Below are positions 20,604-31,142 of a stretch of 64,000 nt of DNA, piece by piece; position 1 is the stretch's first letter, and the number at the start of each line of letters is the position of its first letter. The position numbers and the translations under genes were made by a program. Origin of the DNA: an uncultured delta proteobacterium (GTDB lineage Bacteria; Myxococcota; Kuafuiibacteriia; Kuafuiibacteriales; Kuafuiibacteriaceae); contig CAWDML010000001.1 of assembly GCA_963803435.1 (NCBI GenBank), positions 3,168,001 through 3,232,000 of the forward strand, written 5' to 3'. Below the pieces are notes generated by a model, which searched no databases, was not told where the DNA came from, and worked only from the letters and a program-made list of their open reading frames with translations.

Positions 20604-22446
20604 ATGAGACGCCCCGTGCTGCCGATCCTCGCCCTCGTCGCGCTCGGCTGCGAGAGGGCGCCCACTCAGATCATCGTGGCCATCGACTCGGACCTCGGCG
20701 TGCCCGCCGAGGTGGCGTCGGTGCGCGCGGTGGTCAAGTCGGACGACGACACCCTGATCAGCGAGCATGCGTTCGCGCTCACAGCCGGGCTTCCGACCGG
20801 AGACGAGGTGGCCCTCCCCTTCTCGTTCGGCGTCGCGCCGGGAGAGGACCGAGAGGCGCGCGTGATCATCGAGGCACACGCGGTCGGCCCCCAGGGATCC
20901 GACCTCTTCACCCGGCGCGCCATCACGCGCTTCGTCGAGCACGAGTCCCTCGTCCTGCCGATGTTCCTCGCCCGCGCCTGCGCCAGCGAGCAATGCCCCG
21001 TGGACCAGACGTGCACCGAGCTCGGGTGTCGCCCCGAAGAGATCGATCCGGCCACGCTGGAGCGCCTGCCCGCCGGCCGCGAGCTGGACGTGATCCGGAG
21101 GGACGCGGGTCTCCGGGACGCCGAGGTCGAGGACGAGGACGCCACCACGATTGACGGCGCCTCGAGCCGAGACGCGTCAGATTCCGGACGCATCGATCGA
21201 CGAGGACGCTGCGCACGATGAGGACGCCGCCGCCCAGGACGCGTCCCTGCCCTGCGCGCCGCCGGCCCAGGACGGCGACTCGTGCGGCCCCGGCGAGATG
21301 CGGTGTTGCCAGCAGACCTGCCTCGACACCGCCTCCAACGCCCACGCCTGCGGGCCCGCCTGCACCGACTGCGGCCTCAACTCGGAGTGTGTCTCAGGGA
21401 CCTGCGGCTGCATGGATCCCTTCGACAGCTGCGACGAAGAGCCGGGCTGCGAGGCGGACCTGAGCAGCGACTCGACCAACTGCGGCATGTGCACGATGGG
21501 CTGCGGGCCGGGCACCTCCTGCATCGCTCGCCAGTGCGTCGCGTGCACGACGCCGCTCGACTGTCCGGCCGACGCCCTCCCCTGCACCGACGTCCCCGTG
21601 TGCAACGGCGGAGAGTGCAGCCAGCCGCTCTTCCCCGGCTTCTGTCTGATCCAGGGCGCCTGCTACGGCGACGGGGACGTCAACCCCGCAAATCGGTGCC
21701 TCGTCTGCAACAGCGGGATGTCGGCGACCACCTGGACGATCCGCGCCGGAGCGAGCTGCGACGACAACCTCTTCTGCACGGCGACCGACACCTGCAACGC
21801 CCAGGGTCAGTGCGTCGGCAGCGGCTCACCGTGCACCCCGGACGCGTTGGCGTGCACCGCCGACGCGTGCAACGAGGCCGCGGACCGTTGCGAGGCACCG
21901 ATCCAGGCCAACGCGTGCGTCATCCAAGGTACGTGTTATTCGGACGGCCAGCTGAACCCGGCCACGCCCTGCCAGCGCTGCAGCGCGAGCACCAGCCAGA
22001 CGGCCTGGACGCCGAACCCCGGCGTCTCCTGCAACGACGGGCTCTTCTGCACGGCGGTCGATCAGTGCACGGCGCAAGGGACCTGCGGGGGCTCGGGCAG
22101 CCCGTGCATGGTCGTGACGACCTGCAGCTCCCAAACCTGCGACGAAGGCTCCGACACCTGCCTCGACGTCCTGAACCCGGGCTGGTGTCTGATCGGCGGC
22201 TCGTGCGTGAACCAAGGCATGTCGCCCCTCAGCAACCCCTGCGTCACCTGCCAGCCGCTGATCGATCGATTCGGCTACTCGCCGGTCCTCGACAGCGCAG
22301 TCGCGTGCGGCGGCAACCAGATGTGCTGCGGGGGCGTCTGCACCGCGGTCCTCGACGGCGCCTGCGGGGCGTGCGGCGTGACGTGTCCACCGGGAACCTG
22401 CATGTGCGGAGGGACCGGCGACCCGTTCAGCTGCGCGTGCGACTGA
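20604..22446 (+). CDS. Lipoprotein with a long Cys-rich repeat region; one apparent +1 frameshift at ~21182
   Basis: Lipobox VALG|C. Removing one T from GATTC (21180-21184) joins it to the Cys-rich ORF 21151..22446 ('CDDNLFCTATDTC', 'CNDGLFCTAVDQC'). Confidence 0.72.
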
Positions 22447-23869
22447 TCGACCGCGCTCGCAGATCCTCGAACAGCGGCGCGCCGGCCGCACGCGCATCGA
22501 GGCGCGACGCGATCGCGGCGGCGGTCGCCGGGAGGAGCGGTTCGAGCGCCCCCGCGATCGACCGCAGCGAAGCGATCGCCTCCGCGACCACCGCTTCGGC
22601 GTCGCCTCGGCCCCCGGGCTGCCTCGCCCGCGTCCAGGGCGCGCGGGCCTGGAGGTCCGCGTTCGTCCGCTCCACCACCCCGAAGATCGCCGCCGCCGCC
22701 TCGTCGAGGGCGAAGCGATCGATCGCGCCCCGCACGCGCGCATCCAGCGCGGGAGCGATCCGCGCGCGCGACGCCTCCGCCTCCGGCGCGACGCCGAGCT
22801 TCTCGGCCAGGCCGATCACCCGGCTGACCAGGTTGCCGAGGCCGTGGGCCAGCTCGGACTGATAGACCTCCTCGAAGTGCCGCACCGTGAAGTCGCCGTC
22901 CTCGGTGGAGCGAATGTGGCGGAGCAGATACCAGCGGAGCGCGTCGACGCCGTAGCGCTCGATCACCACCTTGGGATCGACCGTGTTGCCGAGGGACTTC
23001 GAGATCTTGGTCCCGTTCAACGTCAGGTAGCCATGCACCAGGATCTCGTGGGGCAGCGGCAGCCCCGCGGACAGCAGGAACGCCGGCCAGTAGATCGCGT
23101 GGAAGCGCGCGATCCCCTTTCCGATCACGTGCGTGCGTCGCGACGTGCTCCAGCGATCCTTCGCGCCGGTGAGATAGTTGGCGAGCGCGTCGAACCAGAC
23201 GTAGACGACCTGCGACGGATCGCCGGGGACCGGGATGCCCCAGCCGCCGGCCCGCCCCCAAGGACGCGAGACCGAGAGATCGGGGAGGCCCGCGTCGAGC
23301 TGCGCCAGCGTCTCGTCGCGGACGCGATCGGGGCGGATCGTCAGCTCCCCCGAGCGGATCCTCGACGCGATCTCCGCGCCGTGACGCGACAGCCGGAAGA
23401 AGAGGTTCTCCTCCTCGATCCGATCCGGCGCGCGCCGATGCTCGGGACAGAGGCCGGCCTCCAGATCACGCTCGCCGAGGAAGGCCTCACAGCCGACGCA
23501 GTAGAGGCCCTCGTAGCGACCTCGATACAGATCGGCGCGGGTCCGCGACCAGAGCGCCTCGACGCTCGCGCGGTGATCGGGATCGGCGCTGGTGCGAACG
23601 AACCGGTCATAGGTGACGCCGAGGCGATCCGCGAGGCTCCGGAAGGCGGCCGCGTTCTCCTCGACGAGCGCCTGGACCGGTATGCCGCGCGCCTCGGCGG
23701 CGCGCACGTTCTTGAGGCTGTTCTCGTCGGTGCCGGTCAGAAATCGGATCCGATCGCCGGCGCACCGCCGCGCGCGCGCGAGCGCATCGGCGAGCACGAG
23801 CTCGAGGGCATGGCCGAGGTGAGGCTCGGCGTTGACGTAAGCGATGGCAGTCGAGACAAAGCGTTCCAT
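22427..23869 (-). CDS. metG: Methionine--tRNA ligase (short form, one zinc knuckle, no C-terminal dimerisation domain)
   Basis: 'TAIAYVNAEPHLGH', 'TGTDE', 'YCVGCEAF...CPEH', 'YVWFDALANY', 'HVIGKGIARFHAIYWPA', 'KISKS'; GGAGG RBS. Confidence 0.93.
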   Translation of the reverse strand: MERFVSTAIAYVNAEPHLGHALELVLADALARARRCAGDRIRFLTGTDENSLKNVRAAEARGIPVQALVEENAAAFRSLADRLGVTYDRFVRTSADPDHRASVEALWSRTRADLYRGRYEGLYCVGCEAFLGERDLEAGLCPEHRRAPDRIEEENLFFRLSRHGAEIASRIRSGELTIRPDRVRDETLAQLDAGLPDLSVSRPWGRAGGWGIPVPGDPSQVVYVWFDALANYLTGAKDRWSTSRRTHVIGKGIARFHAIYWPAFLLSAGLPLPHEILVHGYLTLNGTKISKSLGNTVDPKVVIERYGVDALRWYLLRHIRSTEDGDFTVRHFEEVYQSELAHGLGNLVSRVIGLAEKLGVAPEAEASRARIAPALDARVRGAIDRFALDEAAAAIFGVVERTNADLQARAPWTRARQPGGRGDAEAVVAEAIASLRSIAGALEPLLPATAAAIASRLDARAAGAPLFEDLRARSISRTRS

Positions 23870-23874
23870 GGCGT

Positions 23875-23938
23875 CCTCCGCGCAAGTCGGGTTGCAGGTG
23901 ATGGCGGAAGGGGGCCCGCGCCGCGAGGGGGCGCGGGC
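23875..23938 (-). promoter_or_regulatory. Putative attenuator hairpins upstream of metG
   Basis: Stem GCCCGCGCC/GGCGCGGGC (23914-23938), then CTTCCGC...GCAA-CCCGAC-TTGC-GCGGAGG, which can sequester the metG SD. Confidence 0.5.
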
Positions 23939-23976
23939 TAGCGCATGGACATCGAGCGGCTGGGGAGCGGACGCAC
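23938..23976 (-). CDS. Putative metG leader peptide MRPLPSRSMSMR
   Basis: GTG CGT CCG CTC CCC AGC CGC TCG ATG TCC ATG CGC TAG; 11 nt downstream of a TAGCTT -10 box; followed at once by a 9-bp GC hairpin. Confidence 0.55.
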   Translation of the reverse strand: MRPLPSRSMSMR

Positions 23977-24033
23977 GGCTACCGGCCAAGCTAGCCGACA
24001 CGACGGCCGTTTGTCACGGGATCCTGCCGCGGT

Positions 24034-26631
24034 TCACCGCGCGGCTCCATCGACGGGGAGCGCCACGCATACGGTGGTCCCTGCGCCGGGCGCGCTCTCG
24101 ACGATCTCGATCCGCCCGCCCATGTCCGTGAGCGCGCGCCGGCTGGTGGGGAGGCCGAGCCGGAGCCCGACGCGGCCCTTCTTGCGGCTGAAGCCGAAGT
24201 CGAACACGTGCGCCAGCTGATCCGCGGGGATGCCGCGACCGGTGTCGGTAACCGTCACCTGCACCTCGCCGTCGTGCGCGACCACCTGGACATCGACGCG
24301 TCCGCCGCCGTCGATCGCGTCGATCGCGTTCTGGATCACCGACAGGAACACCTGGTTGAGACGAAGCGGTTGGCACAGGACCGTCGCAGCCACCGGCGGA
24401 TACGTCTTCGTGATCTCGATCCGGTCGCGTGCCTCCGCGGCCAGGAGCTCGAGCGTGGCGTCGAGGCTCTCCCGGACGTCGACCACCTTGCGCTCGGCCT
24501 GGTCGAGATTCACGAAGCGCTCGAGGTTCCCCACCAGGTGCGCGATGCGCTCGGTGCTCTGACGCTGGACGCACGCCAGGCTCGCGCCCTGGCTCAGCGC
24601 ACGGAGCGCCCGCTCGGGGGGCGCCTCCATCGCCTTCCCCAGGAGCTCGAAGACGTGGGCCATCGTATCCGCCGAGGACATCATCGCGCCCAGGGGCGTG
24701 TTGATCTCGTGGACGATGCCGGCCACCAGCCGGCCCAGCAGCGCGTTGGTCTCCGCCTCCACGACCATGCCCTCGGCCTCCTGGAGATCCGAGAGGGCCG
24801 TGCGGAGCTCGCGCGTGCGCTCCCGGACCTTCTCCTCGAGCCCCTCCTTGAGCCGGCGGATCTCGTCGAACGCGTTGGCGTTGTCGATCGCGATGGCGAG
24901 CTGGTTGGTCAGCGTCGTCAGAAGCTCCAGGTCCTGTCGGTCGAGCGCGCGGGCGCTGATCCTAGGCCCGATCAACAGAGCGCCCAGACATCGCGTCTCG
25001 TCTCCCCCGCCCACGATCAACGGCAGGATCATCTCGAGGCCGTGCCGTCTCCAGAACGCCTCCGCGGTCTCGACGTCGTGAGCGCTGAGCGGACGCTGCT
25101 CGGCGAACGCGCGCTCGAGCATCGGGTCCGGATCCTCGACCGCCACCGGAGGAGGAACCTTCCCGGTCTCCCGGTCCGTGAGGTTGCCCAGCTCGATCAG
25201 GTGCCGCTCCTGGTGATTCACGAGCACCAGCGAGGCGCGAGAGAGCGCCATCGACTCGAGCAGCGCCTGCCGCACGTTCTCGGTGGCGTCCCTGAGGCTG
25301 CGTGCCCGGGCGATCACCTCGCTGCTCCGCGCGACCGCCTTGGCGTAGACGTAGCGGCGCCGGTAGACCCAGCGCTCCACGCCGCGCTGCACCTGGAACT
25401 GGAGCAGGCTGACCACCAGGACCGTCGCCAGGATCGTCGCTCCCAGGACCAGCGGGGCCCCGGTCACCCGGGGCCCCAGGAACCCGAGCACGCCCATCAC
25501 CAGCGCGGCGTAGGTCAAGGAGATCAGGATGGACAGGATCACGTAGATGACCCGCCGCTGCAGCGCGATTCGGAGATCGAACATCTGATAGCGCGCGATC
25601 GCGAATCCGATGACGCAGGGAAACGAGGCGAAGAGGATCAGGTCCAACAGGATCAGGAACTCCGGGAACCGATCGATCAGCGGCAGAACGATGAGCTGCA
25701 GACTCGGGATGACGAAGGCGATCGCGACGGCGGCGCCGAAGATCTTGGCGCGGGTCCGCATCCCCGGCGGGTTCGGCGGCCGGGCGGCGCGACGACAGAG
25801 GTCGAGCATCACGCCGATGGACGCCAGCAGATGCACGCCGACGCCGATCATCAACAGGCGGACCCACCGGTCGGGACCGCCGCGCGCCCATACTTCATAG
25901 AGGGCGATGCCCCCGACGACGAGGACGAGCGAGACGGCGGTCGCGGACCTTCGGACGCGATCGGCGCCCAGCCCGGGCGCCTGGCGAGTGAACGCGAGGG
26001 CCAGCGCGATCCCGGTGGCGCCGAACATCGGGATCAGGAGGCCCGCGACCGTCGCGGCGAAGTGCGAGACCTCGTCGAACGGCGGGATCTGGAACATCGA
26101 GACGGCGCCGACCAGCGAGAACAGGAGGAACGCTTCGGCGACCTCGTCACCGGGCTTTCGCAGCCAGATCAGCAGCCCGAACCCGAGATAGAGCAACGCC
26201 GTCGCGCTATAGCCGACCAGGGCCCAGCGGTACGGGTACGAGAGCACGTCGAACCGACCCACCGGGATCGTGAAGGATCGCACCTCCCCCGAGGGGCTCC
26301 GGAGGACGAACGCGTTCGAGGCGCCCGGGCGGAGATCGACCATGCGGGAGGCCGCCAGCGAGGGGGGCATCCCTCGATGGAGGTCCGGAACGGCCCCGTT
26401 GATCGACTCGACCACCAGCAGCCCGTGGAGATCGGCGACCGCCTGGGCGGCGGCGGGTGTCACCGGGAGCGCGATCGTGCGGGACTCGTCGGCGGGCATC
26501 TCCCCGAAGAGGAAGCCGCTGTTCGGACGCACGGAGTACTGGATCGCCTTGGCAGCGCTGAACAGCGCGAACGCGATCGTGAGCGAAAGGATCGCGGTGA
26601 CCCAGGGCGTCCGCCGCATCTTGGTCGGCAT
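24034..26631 (-). CDS. Multi-TM sensor histidine kinase with GAF domain
   Basis: Many TM helices, GAF 'DLELLTTLTNQLAIAIDNA', H-box 'GIVHEINTPLG', N/G boxes 'NAIDAI', 'DTGRGIP', 'GLGL'-like. Confidence 0.9.
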   Translation of the reverse strand: MPTKMRRTPWVTAILSLTIAFALFSAAKAIQYSVRPNSGFLFGEMPADESRTIALPVTPAAAQAVADLHGLLVVESINGAVPDLHRGMPPSLAASRMVDLRPGASNAFVLRSPSGEVRSFTIPVGRFDVLSYPYRWALVGYSATALLYLGFGLLIWLRKPGDEVAEAFLLFSLVGAVSMFQIPPFDEVSHFAATVAGLLIPMFGATGIALALAFTRQAPGLGADRVRRSATAVSLVLVVGGIALYEVWARGGPDRWVRLLMIGVGVHLLASIGVMLDLCRRAARPPNPPGMRTRAKIFGAAVAIAFVIPSLQLIVLPLIDRFPEFLILLDLILFASFPCVIGFAIARYQMFDLRIALQRRVIYVILSILISLTYAALVMGVLGFLGPRVTGAPLVLGATILATVLVVSLLQFQVQRGVERWVYRRRYVYAKAVARSSEVIARARSLRDATENVRQALLESMALSRASLVLVNHQERHLIELGNLTDRETGKVPPPVAVEDPDPMLERAFAEQRPLSAHDVETAEAFWRRHGLEMILPLIVGGGDETRCLGALLIGPRISARALDRQDLELLTTLTNQLAIAIDNANAFDEIRRLKEGLEEKVRERTRELRTALSDLQEAEGMVVEAETNALLGRLVAGIVHEINTPLGAMMSSADTMAHVFELLGKAMEAPPERALRALSQGASLACVQRQSTERIAHLVGNLERFVNLDQAERKVVDVRESLDATLELLAAEARDRIEITKTYPPVAATVLCQPLRLNQVFLSVIQNAIDAIDGGGRVDVQVVAHDGEVQVTVTDTGRGIPADQLAHVFDFGFSRKKGRVGLRLGLPTSRRALTDMGGRIEIVESAPGAGTTVCVALPVDGAAR

Positions 26632-26663
26632 CTCTCGACTCCGGTGATAACATCCGCGCCCCG

Positions 26664-27875
26664 ATGATCGGAGAGCGGTTCGGTCGTTACGAGGTCGTCG
26701 CCCCGATTGGCAAGGGTGGAATGGGAGAGGTCGTGCTCGCGCGATCATCCAGCGGCGACCTGGTCGCGCTCAAGATCCTCGACGAGGACTCGAGCCAGAA
26801 GGACAGCCTGGTCGCGATGTTCATGGACGAGGCCTCGATCATGGCCCAGGTCAGGCATCAGAACGTGCTGCGTGTGTTCGACTTCGGCCGGGACCACGGG
26901 CGCTACTACATCGCGATGGAGTATCTCCAGGGACAGCCGATGTCCAAGATCCAGGTCGCCGCGCACGACCGCTGGGGACAGCTGGAGCGAGGCGTGCTCG
27001 CGATGGTCGGGGCCCGCGCCGCCCGCGGCCTTCATGCCGCGCATGTGGCGGTGGGCGGCGACGGCGTTCCCCTCGGCGTCGTGCACCGGGATGTGAGTCC
27101 GGAGAACCTGTTCGTCACCTACGAGGGCGTCACCAAGGTGATCGACTTCGGGATCGCGCGCGCGAACCACCGGCTCACGCGAACCACCGCCGGCGTCTTC
27201 AAGGGCAAGGCCGCGTACATGTCGCCCGAGCAGATCCACTCCCGACCCATCGATGGAAAGAGTGACGTCTTCGCGCTCGGCGTCTGTCTGTGGGAGATGG
27301 CGTCGGGACGGCGGCTGTTCCAGCGGCACGATCAGTTCGAGACGATGCGCGCGGTGGTCGAGGCGCCCCTTCGCCCGCCGACGGGCGGCGCCGATCGCCG
27401 GCTCGATCAGATCGTCCTCTCCTGCCTCGAGCGCAGCGCCGAACGGCGGCCGCGCGCCGGCGAGGTCGCGAGTGAGCTCATCGCCTACGCGCAGAACCGA
27501 AGCCCGCCCGCCGATGACGCTCTGGTCGCCGAGATGATGCACGCGCTCTACGCGGAGGGAGTCTCGGACGCGCGCGCGCTCGTGGAGGAGCATTCGGACA
27601 AGGGCTTCCCGACCAACGTCTCGTGGAGCCCCGGGCACGACCTGTACGCGGCGCCACCCGAGCAGCGCGGCGGCGCGGTCAAGTCCGCGGTCGATACGCT
27701 CTCCAGCAACCTCGCACCGCTCGAGCAGCGCCAGCGCGAGGAGCAACGGAGCGCCACCGGCAACCGGCACGCAACCGGCGGTGGTCGATCGGCGTGGGCA
27801 GTGGCGGCCATCCTGATCTCCGTCATCGTCGCGTTCGGATCGATCGCCATTTTGTGGTGGCAATCCAGGTCCTGA
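26664..27875 (+). CDS. Ser/Thr protein kinase with C-terminal TM
   Basis: 'IGKGGMGEV', 'VALK', 'HRDVSPEN', 'DFG', 'GKAAYMSPEQ'. Confidence 0.93.
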   Translation: MIGERFGRYEVVAPIGKGGMGEVVLARSSSGDLVALKILDEDSSQKDSLVAMFMDEASIMAQVRHQNVLRVFDFGRDHGRYYIAMEYLQGQPMSKIQVAAHDRWGQLERGVLAMVGARAARGLHAAHVAVGGDGVPLGVVHRDVSPENLFVTYEGVTKVIDFGIARANHRLTRTTAGVFKGKAAYMSPEQIHSRPIDGKSDVFALGVCLWEMASGRRLFQRHDQFETMRAVVEAPLRPPTGGADRRLDQIVLSCLERSAERRPRAGEVASELIAYAQNRSPPADDALVAEMMHALYAEGVSDARALVEEHSDKGFPTNVSWSPGHDLYAAPPEQRGGAVKSAVDTLSSNLAPLEQRQREEQRSATGNRHATGGGRSAWAVAAILISVIVAFGSIAILWWQSRS

Positions 27876-28240
27876 TCCACGGGCGGGATCGGCAGAATCG
27901 CCCGCGAACCCCTCCACCAACGGTGGCGACCCTGCCAAGACCGTCATCCCGACGCCGGATGTTCGGCCCTTCGGAACAGCCCCTGGGTGCACATCGTAGT
28001 TTTGGGATCGCAACCCCACTTTCATTTCAGGCTGCGATGGCGCGATCGCATTCACGCGCAGGTGGGACCTGACACAGCCGACCACTCGTCGCGCCGCGCG
28101 CGCCTCTTTCGGCAGCGAATCCGCCGGATGCACGGCGGATGGAAGCGATGCCGCCCCGCGCGGGCTAATGCAGAGGCTCCGCCCAGAGTCCTCGAGAATC
28201 TCTTCGAGGCGCGTGAACGCGGAGCGAGAGGGAGTGGGAC

Positions 28241-30154
28241 GTGCGGATCGAGAATCGTTTTGCGTCGGTCTCCATGGCCATCTTGCTCGTGACAGCGGCC
28301 GGGTGTGTACCGCCCGCACCGGGCGAGGTCGTCGACAACGACGACAACAGCGCAGCGCTGGTTCGGGCTCGAAACCCAATCCCGGACCGTTACATCGTCG
28401 TCTTCCGGGACGACGTCATGAGTCGCTCCGGCGTCGAGGCGGTCCGCGACGACATCGCGAACGAGTATGAGGCTCGCGTCGAGCGCACCTATCGCAGCGC
28501 GCTCAACGGCTTCGCCGGCGAGATGTCGCGCGAGCAGGCCCTCGCCTTGGTCCACGATCCCCGCGTCGCGCTGGTGGAGGAGGACGGCCTGGTCGAGGCC
28601 AGCACGACCGAGAACAACGCCACCTGGGGGCTCGATCGGATCGATCAAACGTCGCTCCCGCTCGACGGACGCTACACGTACAACGACAACGCCGGCGCCG
28701 GCGTTCGCGTCTACGTGATCGACACCGGCATCCTCAGCACGCACCAAGAGTTCACCGGGCGCGTGCTGCCTGGCCACGACTTCGTCGATAACGACAGCAA
28801 CCCCACCGACTGCAACGGCCACGGAACGCACGTCTCGGGCACCGCGGTCGGCACCACCTACGGCGTGGCGAAGGCCGCCAACGTGATCGCAGTTCGGGTG
28901 CTCGACTGCAGCGGCAGCGGCAGCAACTCCGGCGTCATCGCCGGCGTTGACTGGGTGACCGCGAACCGCGTCCTCCCCGCCGTCGCGAACATGAGCCTCG
29001 GCGGCGGCGCCTCGACCGCCCTCGATCAAGCCGTGCAGCGATCGATCGCCGCCGGCGTGACCTACGCCCTGGCCGCCGGCAACGACAACGCGAACGCGTG
29101 CAACAGCTCGCCGTCCCGCACGCCGGAGGCGATCACCGTGGGCGCCACCACGACCAACGATGCCCGCGCCTCGTTCTCGAACTTCGGTACGTGCGTCGAC
29201 ATCTTCGCGCCAGGTCAGAGCATCACCTCCTCGTGGTACAGCAGCCCCTCGGCGACGAACACGATCAGCGGCACCTCGATGGCCTCGCCGCACGTCGCGG
29301 GTGCGGCGGCGCTCTACCTGGGCGCCAACCCCTCGGCCACCCCGCAGCAGGTCCGCGACGCGCTGGTGAGCAACGGCGTGAACGGGACGATCTCCGGGGT
29401 CGGCACGGGCTCCCCCAACGTGTTGCTCAACATCTCGTTCATCGGGGGCGGTGGACCGCCGCCTCCGCCGCCTCCGCCGCCTCCGCCCGGCAACTCGTTC
29501 AGCTACACGGGCTCGAACACGAACAGCGCCCAGCAGAACACCACCAACCAGTCGATCAGCCTGGGGGCCGGCGACGAGCTGACGATCGGCACCTGCGGGC
29601 TCACGGGCGCGTCCTTCACCGGGGATACGTACCTCCGGCTGTTCGGCGCGACCGGCAGCCAGGTGGCCTCGAACGACGACGCGTGCGGCGGGCTCGGCTC
29701 GCAGATCACGTACACGGCGGCGTCGGCTGCCACCGTGGAGATCCATGCCGGGTGCTACTCGAACACCAGCTGCAGCGGCACCGTGGTCTGGACGGTCCAG
29801 ACCGGGACGCCCCCGCCGCCTCCGCCGCCCCCGCCTCCGCCCGGATCGTTCTCGTATACGGGATCGAACACCAACAGCGCGCAGCGGAACACGACGGACC
29901 AGACGATCGCGCTGACGGCGGGCCAGCGGCTCACCATCGGGACCTGCGGCGTGTCGGGCTCGACGTTCACCGGTGACACGTACCTGAGGCTGAGGAACGC
30001 CGCCGGCTCGCAGGTGGCCGTCAACGACGACGCGTGCGGCGGCCTCGGCTCGCAGATCACGTACACCGCGACGGCCAACGGCAACTACTCGATCCGCGCC
30101 GGCTGCTACGCGAACACCAGCTGCAGCGGCACGGTGGCCTGGACGATCCAGTAG
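28241..30154 (+). CDS. S8 subtilisin-family serine protease (aqualysin/proteinase K-like) with I9 propeptide and two duplicated C-terminal domains
   Basis: 'VIDTG', 'GHGTHVSG', '[12 protein letters not shown]' catalytic triad motifs; 'WGLDRIDQ'; poly-Pro linkers. Confidence 0.93.
   Translation: MRIENRFASVSMAILLVTAAGCVPPAPGEVVDNDDNSAALVRARNPIPDRYIVVFRDDVMSRSGVEAVRDDIANEYEARVERTYRSALNGFAGEMSREQALALVHDPRVALVEEDGLVEASTTENNATWGLDRIDQTSLPLDGRYTYNDNAGAGVRVYVIDTGILSTHQEFTGRVLPGHDFVDNDSNPTDCNGHGTHVSGTAVGTTYGVAKAANVIAVRVLDCSGSGSNSGVIAGVDWVTANRVLPAVANMSLGGGASTALDQAVQRSIAAGVTYALAAGNDNANACNSSPSRTPEAITVGATTTNDARASFSNFGTCVDIFAPGQSITSSWYSSPSATNTISGTSMASPHVAGAAALYLGANPSATPQQVRDALVSNGVNGTISGVGTGSPNVLLNISFIGGGGPPPPPPPPPPPGNSFSYTGSNTNSAQQNTTNQSISLGAGDELTIGTCGLTGASFTGDTYLRLFGATGSQVASNDDACGGLGSQITYTAASAATVEIHAGCYSNTSCSGTVVWTVQTGTPPPPPPPPPPPGSFSYTGSNTNSAQRNTTDQTIALTAGQRLTIGTCGVSGSTFTGDTYLRLRNAAGSQVAVNDDACGGLGSQITYTATANGNYSIRAGCYANTSCSGTVAWTIQ
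29456..30151 (+). repeat. Intragenic tandem duplication (351-bp period): poly-Pro linker plus ~100-aa PPC-like domain
   Basis: '[16 protein letters not shown]...[16 protein letters not shown]...[19 protein letters not shown]...[14 protein letters not shown]' occurs twice, starting at 29495 and 29846. Confidence 0.9.
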
Positions 30155-30203
30155 GCCGCCTCTCCGCTTTACTCCCCACCCCGGGGTCATCGACACTCGC
30201 GCC

Positions 30204-31058
30204 GTGCGAGTGCTCCCCCTCCTCGTCTTCGCCGCGACCGCCATCGGATGCGGGGAGCCCGCGCCCCTGCGGGTGATGACCTTCAACGTGCTCTGTTCGT
30301 TCTGCGATCCGAGCTACGACCCGTGGGAGGATCGCCTGGCGTTCTTCGCCGACACGTTCGCGCGCCAGAGCCCCGATCTGATCGGTCTCCAGGAGATCTC
30401 CTTCGAGCAGGAGGTCGACCAGATCCGGGCGCGCAGCCCTCGCTACGCCGCGATCTACTTCGACGAGGTGCTCCCCGAAGATGGCGAGCGCCACCCGTAC
30501 CCCGACGCCACCATCTTCTACGACGCCGAGCGCTTCGATGTCCTCGAGCACGGGTTCTTCTGGTTGAGCCCCACGCCCGACGATCCGTTCTCGACCGGCT
30601 TCTCAGAAGGACGGCAGCTCCCCCGGCTGATCACGTGGGCCCGACTGCGTGACCTGGACGCCTCCCAGGAGCTGGTCTTCGCCTCCACGCACTTCGACAA
30701 CAACGCGCCCTCTCAGGACAGGAGCGCGCCGCTCGCGCTCGAGCGTCTCATCCCCATCGCCGGCGACACACCGCTGGTGTTCGTCGGTGACTTCAACTCC
30801 GACCCCTCGGATCCGGCGTATCAGACGCTGGCCGGCGCGCTCACCAACGCGTTCGACCGCACCACCGCGTGGCGGACGGACAGCAACGAGGACCCTCCGC
30901 CTGACTACGATCCCGCGCTGCGGATCGATCACATCTTCCTGAGACCGAGCGCCCGCTTCCTGGTCGACGACTGGGTCGCCGATCTTCACGTGTATGGCGA
31001 GAACCAGCGTCCGCCCTCGGATCACAAGGCCATCGCCGCGTCGCTCCTCTGGCCGTGA
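30204..31058 (+). CDS. Endonuclease/exonuclease/phosphatase (EEP) family lipoprotein
   Basis: 'VMTFNV', 'DLIGLQE', 'FWLSPTP', 'STHFD', 'GDFN', 'RIDHIF', 'SDH'. Confidence 0.9.
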   Translation: MRVLPLLVFAATAIGCGEPAPLRVMTFNVLCSFCDPSYDPWEDRLAFFADTFARQSPDLIGLQEISFEQEVDQIRARSPRYAAIYFDEVLPEDGERHPYPDATIFYDAERFDVLEHGFFWLSPTPDDPFSTGFSEGRQLPRLITWARLRDLDASQELVFASTHFDNNAPSQDRSAPLALERLIPIAGDTPLVFVGDFNSDPSDPAYQTLAGALTNAFDRTTAWRTDSNEDPPPDYDPALRIDHIFLRPSARFLVDDWVADLHVYGENQRPPSDHKAIAASLLWP

Positions 31059-31142
31059 GCGGCCTCGTGAGGCCGATCCAAGTCCCAGCTTGGCGGATCT
31101 CCGGCTCTATGCTGTGTTAGGCATCCGAAGGGATAGGACCGC

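Noticed and set aside
27876-28240. Riboswitch or sigma54 promoter in the long intergenic region before the S8 protease
   Set aside because: Only a short TGCGAT/ATCGCA palindrome. GG-N10-GC spacing is not met at the TGGCGCG candidate, and I recognise no aptamer consensus.
29456-29488. CCG/CCT-rich microsatellite as a phase-variation tract
   Set aside because: Triplet-based and in frame; it encodes a poly-proline linker.
29495-30151. Duplicated protease C-terminal domains as a DGR template/variable repeat pair
   Set aside because: Both copies are in frame within one CDS, and the differences are largely synonymous and not adenine-specific.
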